A DNA stretch of 64,000 nt from Stegostoma tigrinum. Lineage: Eukaryota. Below, one piece after another: positions 50,001 to 62,108 of this stretch. The stretch spans positions 10,622,822 through 10,686,821 of the forward strand of contig NC_081387.1 of NCBI RefSeq assembly GCF_030684315.1, read 5' to 3'. Each line of letters starts with the position of its first letter. Position 1 is the stretch's first letter. A program made the translations under genes and the position numbers. The notes below the pieces were generated by a model. The model was not told the origin of the DNA. It did no database searches and saw only the letters and a program-made list of their open reading frames with translations.

Positions 50001-50742
50001 GTGAGCACTTACATTTTTGCCATTCACCATCTTTTTGACAGAAGCTGGGAGTGGAATGATGCCTGGATAGGGTCTTGGAAAGGAAGTGGCTCCATCTCCA
50101 TAGGACAAGGGATGGAGCAGAAGGTGTACATTAGACTTCAAAATGATATACTTATATATTTTTTAAAGAAAGCTGTACCCACCTGGCTGATGTTCCAAAG
50201 CTTAGGGAAACATAGATTTCAGAAAACATGGCAAGAATACGGGAAGCAAGAGACGATAATAAAGAGGAATACCAAGATATTCTAAGAGTGCTTGCAGAGA
50301 TGGATAACACTAGAATGGAGGATAAAAAAGTCAAGAAGTGAATTTGGAGTAAGGGAGAAAGTACTGAAATGTAAATCAAGGATACTGACTGTGTGAAGTA
50401 TAGTAAATTAGACTTTCGAGTTACAGACTCAGATTGTCTCGTGAAAATATGTTGTAATAGTAGCAGAGATCTGGCTCAAGGACTGTATAGTAAATGTCTC
50501 TGGATATAAGTTATATGGTAAAGATAGGAAAGGAAGAAATGGAAGAGGGGTGGCATTATTGGTCATGGAGAGGATTGCAGTGCTAGAGAAAGTGTACATC
50601 CCAGATGGTTCGAGGACAGAATCAATCTGACTTGAGCACAGAACAAAACTAGTACAATTATATTGCTAGTCGATAGCTCACCAACAAGTGGAGAGTGACA
50701 ATTATGCCAACATTATAAAATAGTTTTAAATGGGTTGGTAGT

Positions 50743-53201
50743 TCTGGATGTGAGTTTGCTCGCTGAGCTGGAAGGTTAGTTTTTAGACGTTTCATCACCA
50801 TTCTAAGTAACATCATTGAGCCTCCAACGAAGCACTGATGTTATGTCCCGCTTTCTATTTATCTGGTTAGGTTTCCTTGGGTTGGTGTTGTCATTTCCTG
50901 CATTGGTGATGTCATTTCCTGTTCTTGTTCTCAGGGGATGGTAGATTGGCTCCAAATCAATGTGTTTGTTGATGGAGTTCAGGTTGGAATGCCATGCTTC
51001 TAGGAATTCTCGTGCATGTCTCTGTTTGGCTTGTCCTAGGATGGATGTGTTGTCCCAATCAAAGTGGTGTCCTTCCTCATCTGTACGTAAGGATACTAGT
51101 GACAGTGGGTCATGTTGTTTTGTGGCTAGTTGATGTTCATGTATTCTGGTGGCAAGCTTTCTGCCTGTTTGTCCAATGTAGTGTTTGTCACAGTTCTTGC
51201 AAGGTATTTTGTAGATGACGTTAGAAGCAACACTGAAAGACAACAAACTCACAGAAGAAACCCAGCAAACCATCAGACAGACAGTCACACCAACACTAAG
51301 CAGGAAAAAGGAAGAAAACACGCTCAATACACAAGAAAGAAAAGCCCTAAAATGACTCATTTAAGATAAAAACATCGTTATCCTACCTGCAGACAAAGGA
51401 CGCTTGACAGTCATCTTAAACCGAACAGACTACATTGAGAAAGCGAATGCACTGCTTGCAGATACCGACACTTACGAACAGGTGGCGATAGACCTGACCC
51501 CACAACTAGAGAACCGAATCACAGCCTGACTCAAAAAACTTCAAAAATCTGGAGAATTAAACAAGAGAGACTTCTAAAAAATGAAACCAGATGGATCCCA
51601 CACACCACGCTTCTACGGACTACCAAAAATTCACAAACCAGGAGCCCCCCTCAGACCCATAGTGTCGCTACCTGGAACACCAACCTACAGATTAGCCAAG
51701 GAACTACACCCCAAAGACTAAAACACCTAGTAGAAGACTCCCATCACTCCACCCAAGAATTCCTGAACACCAAAGACACCAAGATAGAAGAGGATGAAAT
51801 AATGGTTTCTTTTGACGTAACAGCCCTGTTCACATCCATCAACATCAACCTGGCCAAAGAAACACTGACTACACTATTAGACGAACCAAAGACACATACA
51901 CCAGACACCACCAACCTCATCAGCAAGGACAACATCATCAAGTTAGTGGACCTATGCCTCACCACCCACTTCACTTTCAATAACAAAACCTACAGACAAA
52001 CCAACGGTACACCCATGGGATCTCCGATATCAGGGTTCTTAGCAGAGGCAGTAATGCAGAGACTCGAACAAACAGCTCTACCAATCATCCAACCCAAACT
52101 TTGGGTCCGCTACGTGAATGACACCTTTGTCATCACTAAACAAAACAAATTAGAGGAAACCTTCAAGACCATCAATAATACCCTTACTGGCATAACATTC
52201 ACAAAAGAGGAGGAAAACAACAGCAAACTGCCATTCCTAGATGTCACAGTAGAGCGAACAGTCAATGGGGAACTTCAAACCAGCATCTACAGGAAAACAA
52301 CACATACGGACCAAATACTGAACTACAGGAGCAACCATCCCAACACCCACAAACGAAGCTGCATTAGAACATTATTCCAACGAGCCACCACACACTACAG
52401 CACAGAGGAACTACGCAGAGCAGAGGAAAATCACCTATACAGCGTATTCACAAAGAATGGGTACCCTATGAACACAGTCCGCCGATTCCTCAGCAATAAA
52501 CCCAAACAAACAGACAAAAAGGGCCCAGAAACCATAACCACTCTCCCCTACATCAAAGACATTTCCGAAATGACTGCCAGACTACTCGGATCCCTTGGCA
52601 TCAGGGTAGACCACAAACCCACCAACACACTAAAACAGCAGCTAATGTACTTAAAAGACCCTATACAGACAACAAACAAAACAAATGTCATCTACAAAAT
52701 ACCTTGCAAGAACTGTGACAAACACTACATTGGACAAACTGGCAGAAAGCTAGCCACCAGAATACATGAACATCAACTAGCCACAAAACGACATGACCCA
52801 CTGTCACTAGTATCCTTACGTACAGATGAGGAAGGACACCACTTTGATTGGGACAACACATCCATCCTAGAACAAGCCAAACAGAGACACGCACGAGAAT
52901 TCCTAGAAGCATGGCATTCCAACTGGAACTCCATCAACAAACACATTGGCTCCAAATCAATCTACCATCCCCTAATCAATCTACCATCCCCTGAGAAAAA
53001 GAACAGGAAATGACATCACCAACCCAAGGCAACCTAACCAGATAAATAGAAAGCGGGACATAACACCAGCGCTTCATCGGAGGCTCACTGATGATGTTAC
53101 CTAGAATGGTGATGAAACGTCTAAAAACTAACCTTCCAGCTCAGCGAGCAAACTCACATCCAGAACCTCAACCTGAGCTACAAATCTTCTCAAAACTCGC
53201 T
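50743..53201 (+). mobile_element. Poseidon-type Penelope-like retroelement (5'-truncated plus copy 51222-53201 with inverted 3' copy 50743-51221), inserted in an old CR1
   Basis: RT motifs SFDVTALFT, GTPMGSPISG and WVRYVND (catalytic D to N); GIY-YIG VIYKIPC...YIGQT; upstream stops and frameshifts. TSD atg(g/c)gttggtagt at 50730-50742 and 53202-53214. Confidence 0.95.
53088..53121 (+). ncRNA. Minimal hammerhead ribozyme core in Penelope pLTR
   Basis: CTGATGA-t-gttacc tagaat ggtgat-GAAA-CGTC: conserved core, stem II, and palindromic ACGT at stem III. Confidence 0.7.
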
Positions 53202-53624
53202 ATGCGTTGGTAGTGTTTAAACTACTTAAATGCGGTCTGGGACAGTGGTATTGTCAGGGTCAGAGAGGGGAAAATGTTCCTGTATTGTATTCGGGAGTTT
53301 CCTACAGCAGCATGTGTCCAGTCCAACAGCAAAGGGTGCACTGTTGAACCTCGGTCTTGAAAATGAGCTGGCCAACTCAGTCAAGTGTCAATGGGGGAGA
53401 ACAATGAGGAGGTCACGATCAGTGTCTTGTAAGGAAGGTAGTAATAGAAAAGGACAATAGACAATCCAGAGTATGATGAATTGACAAAGGACGATCCAAC
53501 CTCAATGAGGCACATATGGGCTTTTTGACTGGAATAAATCGACTTGAAAATCTGTAGCTGAACACTGGGCTAAGTTCAAAGAGGAGCTGGCTCATTTGCA
53601 CTTGGGCTGGCAAGGTGCTTCATG

Positions 53625-53875
53625 ATTAGCACAGCTGTCTAAAGCACCAGGAATCCTGGCTCAATTCCACCCTCAAACTGTCTGTCTCTGGAGTCTGCCC
53701 ATTCTGTGTATCTGGGTGGCTTTCCTCAGGATGCTCTGGTTTCTTCCCACAGTTCAAAGATGTGCGTGTTTGGTGGTCTGGCCATGCTAAATTGCTCACA
53801 GTACCCAGGGATGTGTAGGCGAGCTGGCTTAGCCCCAAGAAATACAGGGTTACAGGTTTGGGCGAGGGTTGCTGT
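53625..53875 (+). mobile_element. HE1-like SINE, target of the ERV insertion
   Basis: gattagcacagctgtct...ggtttcttcccacagttcaaagatgtgc; truncated at the LTR. Confidence 0.75.
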
Positions 53876-54624
53876 TGTAGTGGAGAAACTACCAGGAGAC
53901 GCGGAGAATTCTTCAGAAAGTTTAAACTTTTATTTGCAAACAAAAGCTGTGACCATCAGAAAATGGTTTCCCAATTGCCCCCCGATCCTCGGGCCTCGTT
54001 ATTTTTTAATACTTTTTAGTTATCACACTTTCTTCAAATTATCAGCATGCCCAATGGTATTAATTAGTAAACAACTTATGTCACTATGCTTAGATCATTT
54101 CTATCTCATGACAGAGAGCCATTGCACCTGCACTTGAAGGTCAGTTAGAGTGGTTAGTACCCCTCTATCTTATCAGGTTACTGCTGTATTCTGAAAGGCG
54201 CATTGTTTACGATCTTTCTTTGCAGCGGCCTGAGGGTTAGTGATTTACGTAGCTCGAGCAGAATTAATAAAGTTCGCAGCCGAGAAGCCATTTTGTTGCT
54301 AATTTGCATCGAGAAGCCATCTTGTGCCTGTATCCAAGTTTCTTATTTATTACTACATCTGCCTGAATGGCCGTTGACCCCATTACGGCATGCTAGTCCT
54401 TAGTTCTATGTTACATACTTTAATTAACCTAATTAAGCTGCCGTTAATAGCTAACCTGGGTGTCCTACCTTTGTTTTACACTCCCTTGACCTATGCTCAA
54501 GCACTTCATTCTGTTAACGTACAGCATTCTATTGATTATTGTAATACTCCATAAATCAGTACATCATCCTGCTGATCACTAAGATTTAACCCTTTGTCTG
54601 CCCCTATAATTTTAATTTCCATCA
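53876..54624 (-). repeat. ERV 3' LTR (~750 bp)
   Basis: TG...CA ends; minus-strand AATAAA near 53930; PPT AAAGGGGGGAA at 54625-54635; first ~127 bp repeated at 63874-64000. Confidence 0.9.
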
Positions 54625-55156
54625 TTCCCCCCTTTGAGACCTTCTGGTCTCAATCAAAGGAAGAAACCAATAAGTGCAGACCTCCTGTGTGCCAATGAAA
54701 ACCTTACAGAACCCAACACAGGCCAAGTGAATTTTGAGGTCCGATGCTTAAAGGGTTCTTCCCCTGATCCTGGAGTCCCCTGGGCCAAAAGCCTGTTCCC
54801 CAAAAGCTAGAACAGGGAAAAGACCCACAGACCCTCACAATCTAAGGCCCGCGCATCCCGCAGAAGCGACTTTGTCTTCTTTCAAGCATGCCTCCTGCAC
54901 TCTATCAGATGCCGGATCGGAGCAGTAGAGTCAAAGGAGGGGGCGCATCCGGGGGGTTGGAGGAAGAACCAAGAGTTGCTGTGTGGTAATGTGCACTAGA
55001 AGAGACTAAAGAAAAGGTAAGGCATGACAAAAAAACAAAAGCGACGATGAGTAGTACAATACCTACAATAATTCCAACCTTGGCAACCCAAGCCCCCCCA
55101 TCCCCCTAATACGCAATCCAGCCAATCAAAAACCTGATGGCCAAAACCTGCGTTGT

Positions 55157-56792
55157 TGCCCTATCCCTCACCTTCCTGGACCTCTCAGTCTCCATCTCAG
55201 GCAACCAGCTTGTAACTGATGTCCATTTCAAGCCCACCGACTCCCACAGGTACCTAGAATACACCTCCTCCCACCCACCGTCCTGCAAAAATTCCATCCC
55301 CTATTCCCAATTCCTCCGCCTCCGCCGCATCTGCTCCCACGACAAGACATTCCACTCCCGCACATCCCAGATGTCCAAATTCTTCAAGGACCGCAACTTC
55401 CCCCCCCACAGTGATCGAGAACGCCCTCGACCGCGTCTCCCGTATTTCCCGCAACACGTCTCTCACACCCCGCCCCCGCCACAACCGCCCAAAGAGGATC
55501 CCCCTCGTTCTCACACACCACCCCACCAACCTCCGGATACAACGCATCATCCTCCGACACTTCTGCCATTTACAATCCGACCCCACCACCCAAGACATTT
55601 TTCCATCCCCACCCCTGTCTGCTTTCCGGAGAGACCACTCTCTCCGTGACTCCCTTGTTAGCTCCACACTGCCCTCCAAACCCACCACACTCGGCACCTT
55701 CCCCTGCAACCGCAGGAAATGCTACACTTGCCCCCACACCTCCTCCCTCACCCCTATCCCAGGCCCCAAGATGACATTCCACATTAAGCAGAGGTTCACC
55801 TGCACATCTGCCAATGTGGTATACTGCATCCACTGTACCCGGTGTGGCTTCCTCTACATTGGGGAAACCAAGCGGAGGCTTGGAGACCGCTTTGCAGAAC
55901 ACCTCCGCTCAGTTTGCAACAAACTACTGCACCTCCCAGTCGCAAACCATTTCCACTCCCCCTCCCATTCTTTAGATGACATGTCCATCATGGGCCTCCT
56001 GCAGTGCCACAATGATGCCACCCGAAGGTTGCAGGAACAGCAACTCATATTCCGCCTGGGAACCCTGCAGCCTAATGGTATCAATGTGGACTTCACCAGT
56101 TTCAAAATCTCCCCTTCCCCAACTGCATCCCTAAACCAGCCCAGTTCGTCCCCTCCCCCCACTGCACCACACAACCAGCCCAGCTCCTCCACTCCACCCA
56201 CTGCATCCCAAAACCAGTCCAACCTGTCTCCGCCTCCCTAACCTGTTCTTCCTCTCACCCATCCCTTCCTCCCACCCCAAGCCGCACCCCCAGCTACCTA
56301 CTAACCTCATCCCACCTCCTTGACCTGTCCGTCTTCCCTGGACTGACCTATCCCCTCCCTACCTCCCCACCTACACCCTCTCCACCTATCTTCTTTACTC
56401 TCCATCTTCGGTCCGCCTCCCCCTCTCTCCCTATTTATTCCAGTTCCCTCCCCCCATCCCCCTCTCTGATGAAGGGTCTAGGCCCGAAACGTCAGCTTTT
56501 GTGCTCCTGAGATGCTGCTTGGCCTGCTGTGTTCATCCAGCCTCACATTTTATTATCTTGGAATCTCCAGCATCTGCAGTTCCCATTATCTCTGATACTA
56601 TTTTAACCCCCCTACCTATACTCTCTCCACTTATCTTCTTTTCTCTCCATCTTCGGTCCGCCTCCCCCTCCCTATTTATTCCAGAACCCTCACCCCATCC
56701 CCCTCTCTGATGAAGGGCCTGGGCCCGAAACATCAGCTTTTGTGCTCCTGAGATGCTGCTTGGCCTGCTGTGTTCATCCAGCCTCACATTTT
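55157..56792 (+). mobile_element. Neptune-type Penelope-like element, 5'-truncated, tandem pLTRs, 5 bp TSD
   Basis: LTFLDL RT thumb, CNRRKCYTC linker and GIY-YIG. GTTGT duplicated at 55152-55156 and 56793-56797. pLTR hammerhead cores at 56466 and 56707. Confidence 0.95.
56466..56493 (+). ncRNA. Minimal hammerhead ribozyme core (family A pLTR)
   Basis: CTGATGA-a-gggtc tag gccc-GAAA-CGTC; second copy at 56707-56734 with an ATC site. Confidence 0.75.
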
Positions 56793-57035
56793 GTTGTCCT
56801 TAAGCTCCTGCCTTAACCTCTTCAGCTTCTCTATCGCCTTAGTAAAAGACCCCTCTGGAGTGATATTGTTAGGTATAAAGGTGCAACAGTGCTCCCCAAG
56901 CATTACACATACTCCTCCTTTCTCAGCTAACATCGAACGCAGAACCTGTCTATTTTGCCATGACATTTTGGTAGTTAATAAATCTTTGTTGGTTGTAATA
57001 GATGTGATTAATCCACTCAGTATTTTTGCTGACTC

Positions 57036-57270
57036 CTATCCAAACCTCTGTTTGATCCTTAAAGCTTGCAGATCCAACTTAACTACTTTTTGTGCAAAGG
57101 CGGACCCATTGTCTGAACTGATTTCAGACGGTATGCCAAACCTTGGGATAATTTCATTTGTCAGAAATTTTACCACTGCTCCTGCTCCCAAATCTTTGGA
57201 TGGAGTTCCTTCCACCCATCTGCTGAACCTGTCAATTACCACTAACATGTACTTTTTCCCTCTCACCTTC
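57036..57270 (-). pseudogene. pol: ERV integrase core remnant
   Basis: GKKYMLVVIDRFSRWVEG...IIPRFGIPSEISSDNGSAF. Confidence 0.9.
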
Positions 57271-57299
57271 TTTATTTCTACCTTCTTTGGGTTCCCTAC

Positions 57300-57760
57300 C
57301 ATATCAATGTGCACTATAATTTTAACATAACCATCATCCCCAGATTTCCTCACCCCTGTTGCTATTATTCGTCAATCCCTAACTGTTCCTGCATGTTTGG
57401 TCATGCCCGAGGTCTTTAGGTTGTACCCCTAATTTATGAGTAGCATCACATGGGGTGCGGCACCTGGCATATTGTACCATTTTTCCAAAAATTTGTTCTT
57501 CTTAACTTGTAGCACTGCTCCCTGTTTTCCTATCCTTGTAGCTTCACCCAATAAATGCTGCGGAGTGTTAACCCTACACTGCCACCATTTAGCCAACACC
57601 TCATCCTGAGTCCCATCAAATATTACTGAGCAGTGTAACTCAGACTTAGGAGGTTTTGCCCTTGGTAACATTGCTAATACTTCTGTCTCCCATTGTTTCC
57701 AAACACTGAATGTAACTGGCTATATCACCTATCCAATACGCATTGAAATCTCTAGCTTTC
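57300..57760 (-). pseudogene. 2H-phosphoesterase-like domain in ERV pol, downstream of protease
   Basis: Two HxS/T-type motifs 61 aa apart: LHCSV (57635) and PHVML (57452; Met codon ATG is one transition from ACG Thr). Confidence 0.7.
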
Positions 57761-57829
57761 TGCATTACGAACTGTGTGTTTGCTTTTTCTACACTGAAGC
57801 CTTGCTGTGTGCATTCTCATCTCAATTCT

Positions 57830-58165
57830 AATTTCAGTAAAGCATGCTCACCTAACAAATTACTAGTGTCCGAAGGGACACCGATTTATCGGCAAGATTA
57901 TCTCTTTGCCTTCCATTTCTAAATTTACTAGAGCAGTGAATCAAGTTAGCTGTGCTTTCCCCGAGAACCCAACAGCTTTAACAAATTTGCTTGACGTGGG
58001 AAGGTGGGAGGCATACTGCGGCTGCACACACGTATACGTGGCTCCAGTATCCATCATCACTGGCATCAGCCGTCCCTCTATACTAACGCGTACAATTGGA
58101 TCTTGATCAGCCTCCCATGTAATTGCAGGATACAATCCCTTCCCATCCAGGTTCTCAGGGCACCC
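57830..58165 (-). pseudogene. pro: ERV aspartic protease
   Basis: DPIVRVSIEGRLMPVMMDTGATYTCV...VGFSG; in frame after an amber codon TAG-GGG at 58168-58163 (readthrough-type gag-pol junction). Confidence 0.9.
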
Positions 58166-60076
58166 CTAGCACAAGCCATAAGGATTTACGGGTCCCGTTG
58201 AGCTTTAAGGCATCTGGGGTGGGGCTGTCAGGTATTCCTGATTCCTAGGTCTGTTATGTGTCGGGGCAGCCCAATTCCAATAGGTGCAATTCCTTCTGAA
58301 GTGACCTGGTTGGTAGCACTCCCAGCACAGTAATTCTGCCCCTCTTGCATTTGGTCTCTTGCTATGTTTTTCAATCTCCCACCCCTGTGCCCCTGTCCTC
58401 AGGGATGCCAGTTCTGCCTGGGTTGCTGTTTAATTTTTACCTACCTTGGGTACTGTGTCTGTGGGGAAACTTCCCTAGAGACTTCTATTGTTGGCATGGG
58501 ATTTTCCAGTCCTTGCCTGGCAATGTGAGGGGGGCCCCCTTGTGCTGGCATTCGGCTCATGTTTGCATCGACCATTGAGTCGGTTCTCACAGGCAGTACC
58601 TTTTGCTCTTTTCTTTTTCAACTCTGAGCTGCATTTGTGCCAGTTTTCTCTGCACCTCTTCCTGCTGCTCAGACAGTTTCTCTTTGTCTTTTCGGTACTT
58701 TTCAACTATATGGGCTAGGTGGTCTCTGAACTCTTGGTGGCCCATTGTTGTCAGTCCCACCACTTCCTCCAATTTAGACCTGACTTGAGAGGGCATTGCA
58801 TTAACAACAGCGTTTCGAAATATTGCAGTCAGCAACATATCACTCTCTACGTCTTGTTCCGTTTCCCGCCTCCACTTTCTCAGCTGTTTCTCTAAATAGT
58901 CTGCCGGGTTTTCACTGTCTCCCATTTTGTTCCCCTTTAGCACTCAAGGGTCTGATTTAGGTGGATAACAGTCTCTGAGGGCCTGCCATACCCTCTGTCT
59001 CACTTGATCAAACCCGACACTGTCCACCGTCGGGTTGTCCACCACATTTTTCTAACCGGCTGGGTCCATTATTTCTTTTAACTTCAGGAGCCCCACTAGC
59101 CTTGCCAGCAATGCCTTTAAATCTCCCATAGCCAACAATCATCCTGTGGTCTCATCTTCAAAAGCTCTGATCCACTTCCCTGCTCCCTCATGTAAACTGG
59201 GGAGCACATTCCTCAACCTTTCCAGATCCTGGGCTCCCCAAGGAACATATTGTGGCAGTTTCTTCCCCTTAATAAGTAATGGCAGCATCTTTCCTTATGG
59301 GGGCTTCTTCACTTTACTATAACTGCCATATTGTGTTTCCTCATCAGATGCAGATTCCAACCCTGCCTCTATCTCCAATTCCTCCCATCCTTTACTCACT
59401 TTTCCTACTCCGGTCCCTCCTTTCACCTGTTTCTCATCTTCCTCTTTTACTTTATATCACTTCCACTCCCTCCCTGCTGTGCCCTCCTCTTACTTTCCAG
59501 AAACTCCTCATAGTCTTTTTGTTCCCTTCATCTTTGCAATGTAATAATTTCTTGTCTTAATTCCTGCTGTATAGCTTCGACTTCTTCCTGCCTCATCTTT
59601 CCTTCTGCCTCACTTTTTCCTTTAAGATATTCTTCTCTTTTTCACCCCTGTCCCATTCTAGTTCTCCCTCTATCTCCACCATTCCCCTTAGTACAGGGCG
59701 TTGCCTCGCATTTTCACTGTCTGCATAGGGAGGGGGTCTATCCATCCCCTCCAAGCTTGGGTATAGGGAGGATTTCTTTTCTGGTTCTTCTACTTCTGTA
59801 GTCAGCTTAACCTGTTCTTTAGCACCCTTCCTGGTCACACCTGGTGCCTGGTCTGCTTTTCTCAACTCGTCCCCTTCTTTGCTATATAGTTTTAATATTT
59901 CCATCTCTGTTCTCTTTTTTTAAAAACTTCTTTTTCCCAATTTATCTGTTGATCTGTAGTTCTTAATTAACCCTTCCATGTCCTCACAAAAGCTATTATC
60001 AAAGGTACCCTCCTTTGGCCATTTAGTCAATAACTTCTCAGTTCTTTTTGCCCATTTCTCAGAAATTTTTACAATG
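58166..60076 (-). pseudogene. gag: ERV gag (frameshifted)
   Basis: MA motif WPKEGTFD (near 60020), late domains LYPSL and PPPY, CA-like helices, and NC knuckle CWECYQPGHFRRNC (58327-58286). Confidence 0.9.
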
Positions 60077-62108
60077 TCACTTTTTAAAAAAAATTATCAC
60101 TGTCAAAGCTTTGTTATTAGTGGCTAGAAAAGCCTCAATCCTTCTACTAAATACATCAACAATAACAAGACAATACCTATAGCAATGTACATGCGGCAAT
60201 TCAATAAAATCAAGCTGAATGCACTCAAATAGACCACCAGGCAAGAATGTTTTCCTGTTACGCACTGCACTCCTTGACCAGTCAATAAGCATTGATAACA
60301 AAGCATCAGGTATACACACTTGGCCAAGTGGGAGTGACCCAGAGGCCTTGTGACGCAGAGCACGAACACTGATACATCTTCCACAATAGTTTTTTGGAGC
60401 TAGGGGCGTCCCCCTTGTAAACGCTGAACAGTGACAATATCTGGCATGCCCGTCGTATTTGAGGAAGGCAAGCAATTTATTACCTGCTTGCTCATAGAAG
60501 GCACAATAAAAGTTTGATCTGCAGCAGCCTGATCAACCCGAGCATTACCCTAAGTAGCTATAGAATCTTCGGAGACATGGGCAGTGCATTTGATAATAGC
60601 AAATTGTTTAGGGAGGAGGATTATCTGGAGAAGGTTTTTAAACATACTGTGAATTCTGGATAGGTGTACCTGAGCATGGTTTTGTTTTCCGGGCCTCCCC
60701 TGTGAGTTTTAAAATAACCTGCCCTCCTTCCTTTTGTCAATGCTCTCATGATCTTGGTTAACAGTAGAATTTTTTGGAGGGCATCTGCATGTTCTACTGT
60801 TTCACATAATCTGCATCGCATGTCACATTTTATTTCAAGTTGCCTACTTCCTTCTCCAATCCTCCTCGTCTTACTCATTTATATCATTACTTTGGAACAA
60901 CATCGGCAAGCCAGATATGTCAGGAGGCACCTCCTTTTTATTTCCGTACGGTAATTCTGCCTGGCATTTCACTCCTAATTCTTATGCTGCATTTCCTTTC
61001 TCAATCTTTCCTGTTCTGCTTTACTCCCCACACTGCTGCTTTGATACCTCCTGTGATTTAAAGTTTCCCTCATAATCACGTACTCTAATCCCTCTTCGAG
61101 GTGCATTATTATCCCAACTCGCCAGTTTAGATTTGTTCATTATTTCCTCAGTGGTTTTTCTCCACGTGGATATTAAAGTTTTTCATTTTGTCCCTGAATT
61201 GCATTTTCAAATTGCTTCGTTCACTTTTATGCATTTATCTGCATCCCAAGTCCCCCACCTGTCCAAATTTCATTCCCTAATTTATTATTAAGGTATGCTG
61301 ACAGATGCCTGAATTGCTCCTAATCCTCAGAATTATCTCTGCACGTTCGATGTAGAGGAGCTCCAGTGCTGGATTTAACCAAGGTTTAACTCATTTTTAG
61401 CGCGTTTACATTGTTGCTTATTTCTATCTACTACAAAAGTGTCCTTGGTCCAAACACCCAATTCAGGATCCTGACCTTTGCGTGGGGGATTTCCCCTCTT
61501 AACAACTGGTCTAAGGCAGGGTGTTTGAGACAGGCAGACACTATACTTATCGCCGAATACTTATTCTACTTTATTCCTGCTTAGGGGTGCGAGGCGCAGA
61601 TAGGAACACCAATCATCCAAATCCGAATTTTCGTTGTCTCCCGCACCCAAACCAAAGCCAACCATTGAATTACGCAACTCTTTTTGTTTGTCAGTCACCG
61701 GCGACTTTTCTTTTTGTTTCTGTTGACATTTGACTCCAGTACATTTGTTTTTGAGGACCTCAATTAATTTTATGGCACCATTATCAGTCAGTTCAATTCC
61801 CAATTTGGTGGCAGACTCCTGCCATGAATTTAATACCAATTGTTTTGTGGCTTTCATCACAAAATTGTCGCCACAGTCCAATCAATTCTTCCATTTTTTG
61901 AGCCCATGTTTCATCGCCAAATCAACTACTGGGCTGATTTAACAAATTGATTATTTCCAGGGCCACTTAGTAGCCACTGTTCATCACCTAATTTCTTATT
62001 TAAGGCATCAGAAAGTTTATGCAGAGCTTCAGATTTATCCGGATACTTTGCTCACGGTTTCATCGTGAGGAAGTTAGATCTTCCATCTTATCTACCGTTA
62101 TTACCCAT
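60077..62108 (-). pseudogene. Second, divergent retroviral block: gag-like (62108 to about 60700), RNase H C-terminal half (about 60670-60520) and integrase N-terminal/core (60475-60077)
   Basis: MGNNG start with a QWLLSG MA-like motif; SGTPIQN...LLPKQFAIIKCTAH...GNARVDQAA; IQLDFIELP...YCLVIVDVFSRRIEAF. Confidence 0.65.

Larger units (their letters stand above)
54990..57035 (-). pseudogene. env: ERV env TM subunit remnant (split by a Penelope insertion at 55157-56792)
   Basis: KNTEWINHIYYNQQRFINY, then (after a deletion) MSWQNRQVLRSMLAEKGGVCVMLGEHCCTFIPNN (immunosuppressive domain and CX6CC). Across the insertion it reads ELKDN|AGFGHQVFDWL...GAWVAKVGIIVGIVLLIVAF (TM anchor). Confidence 0.9.

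Noticed and set aside
51802-53013. 403-aa RT/GIY-YIG ORF as an active or domesticated gene
   Set aside because: Catalytic YVDD is YVND, the upstream RT has stops and frameshifts, and the copy is 5'-truncated.
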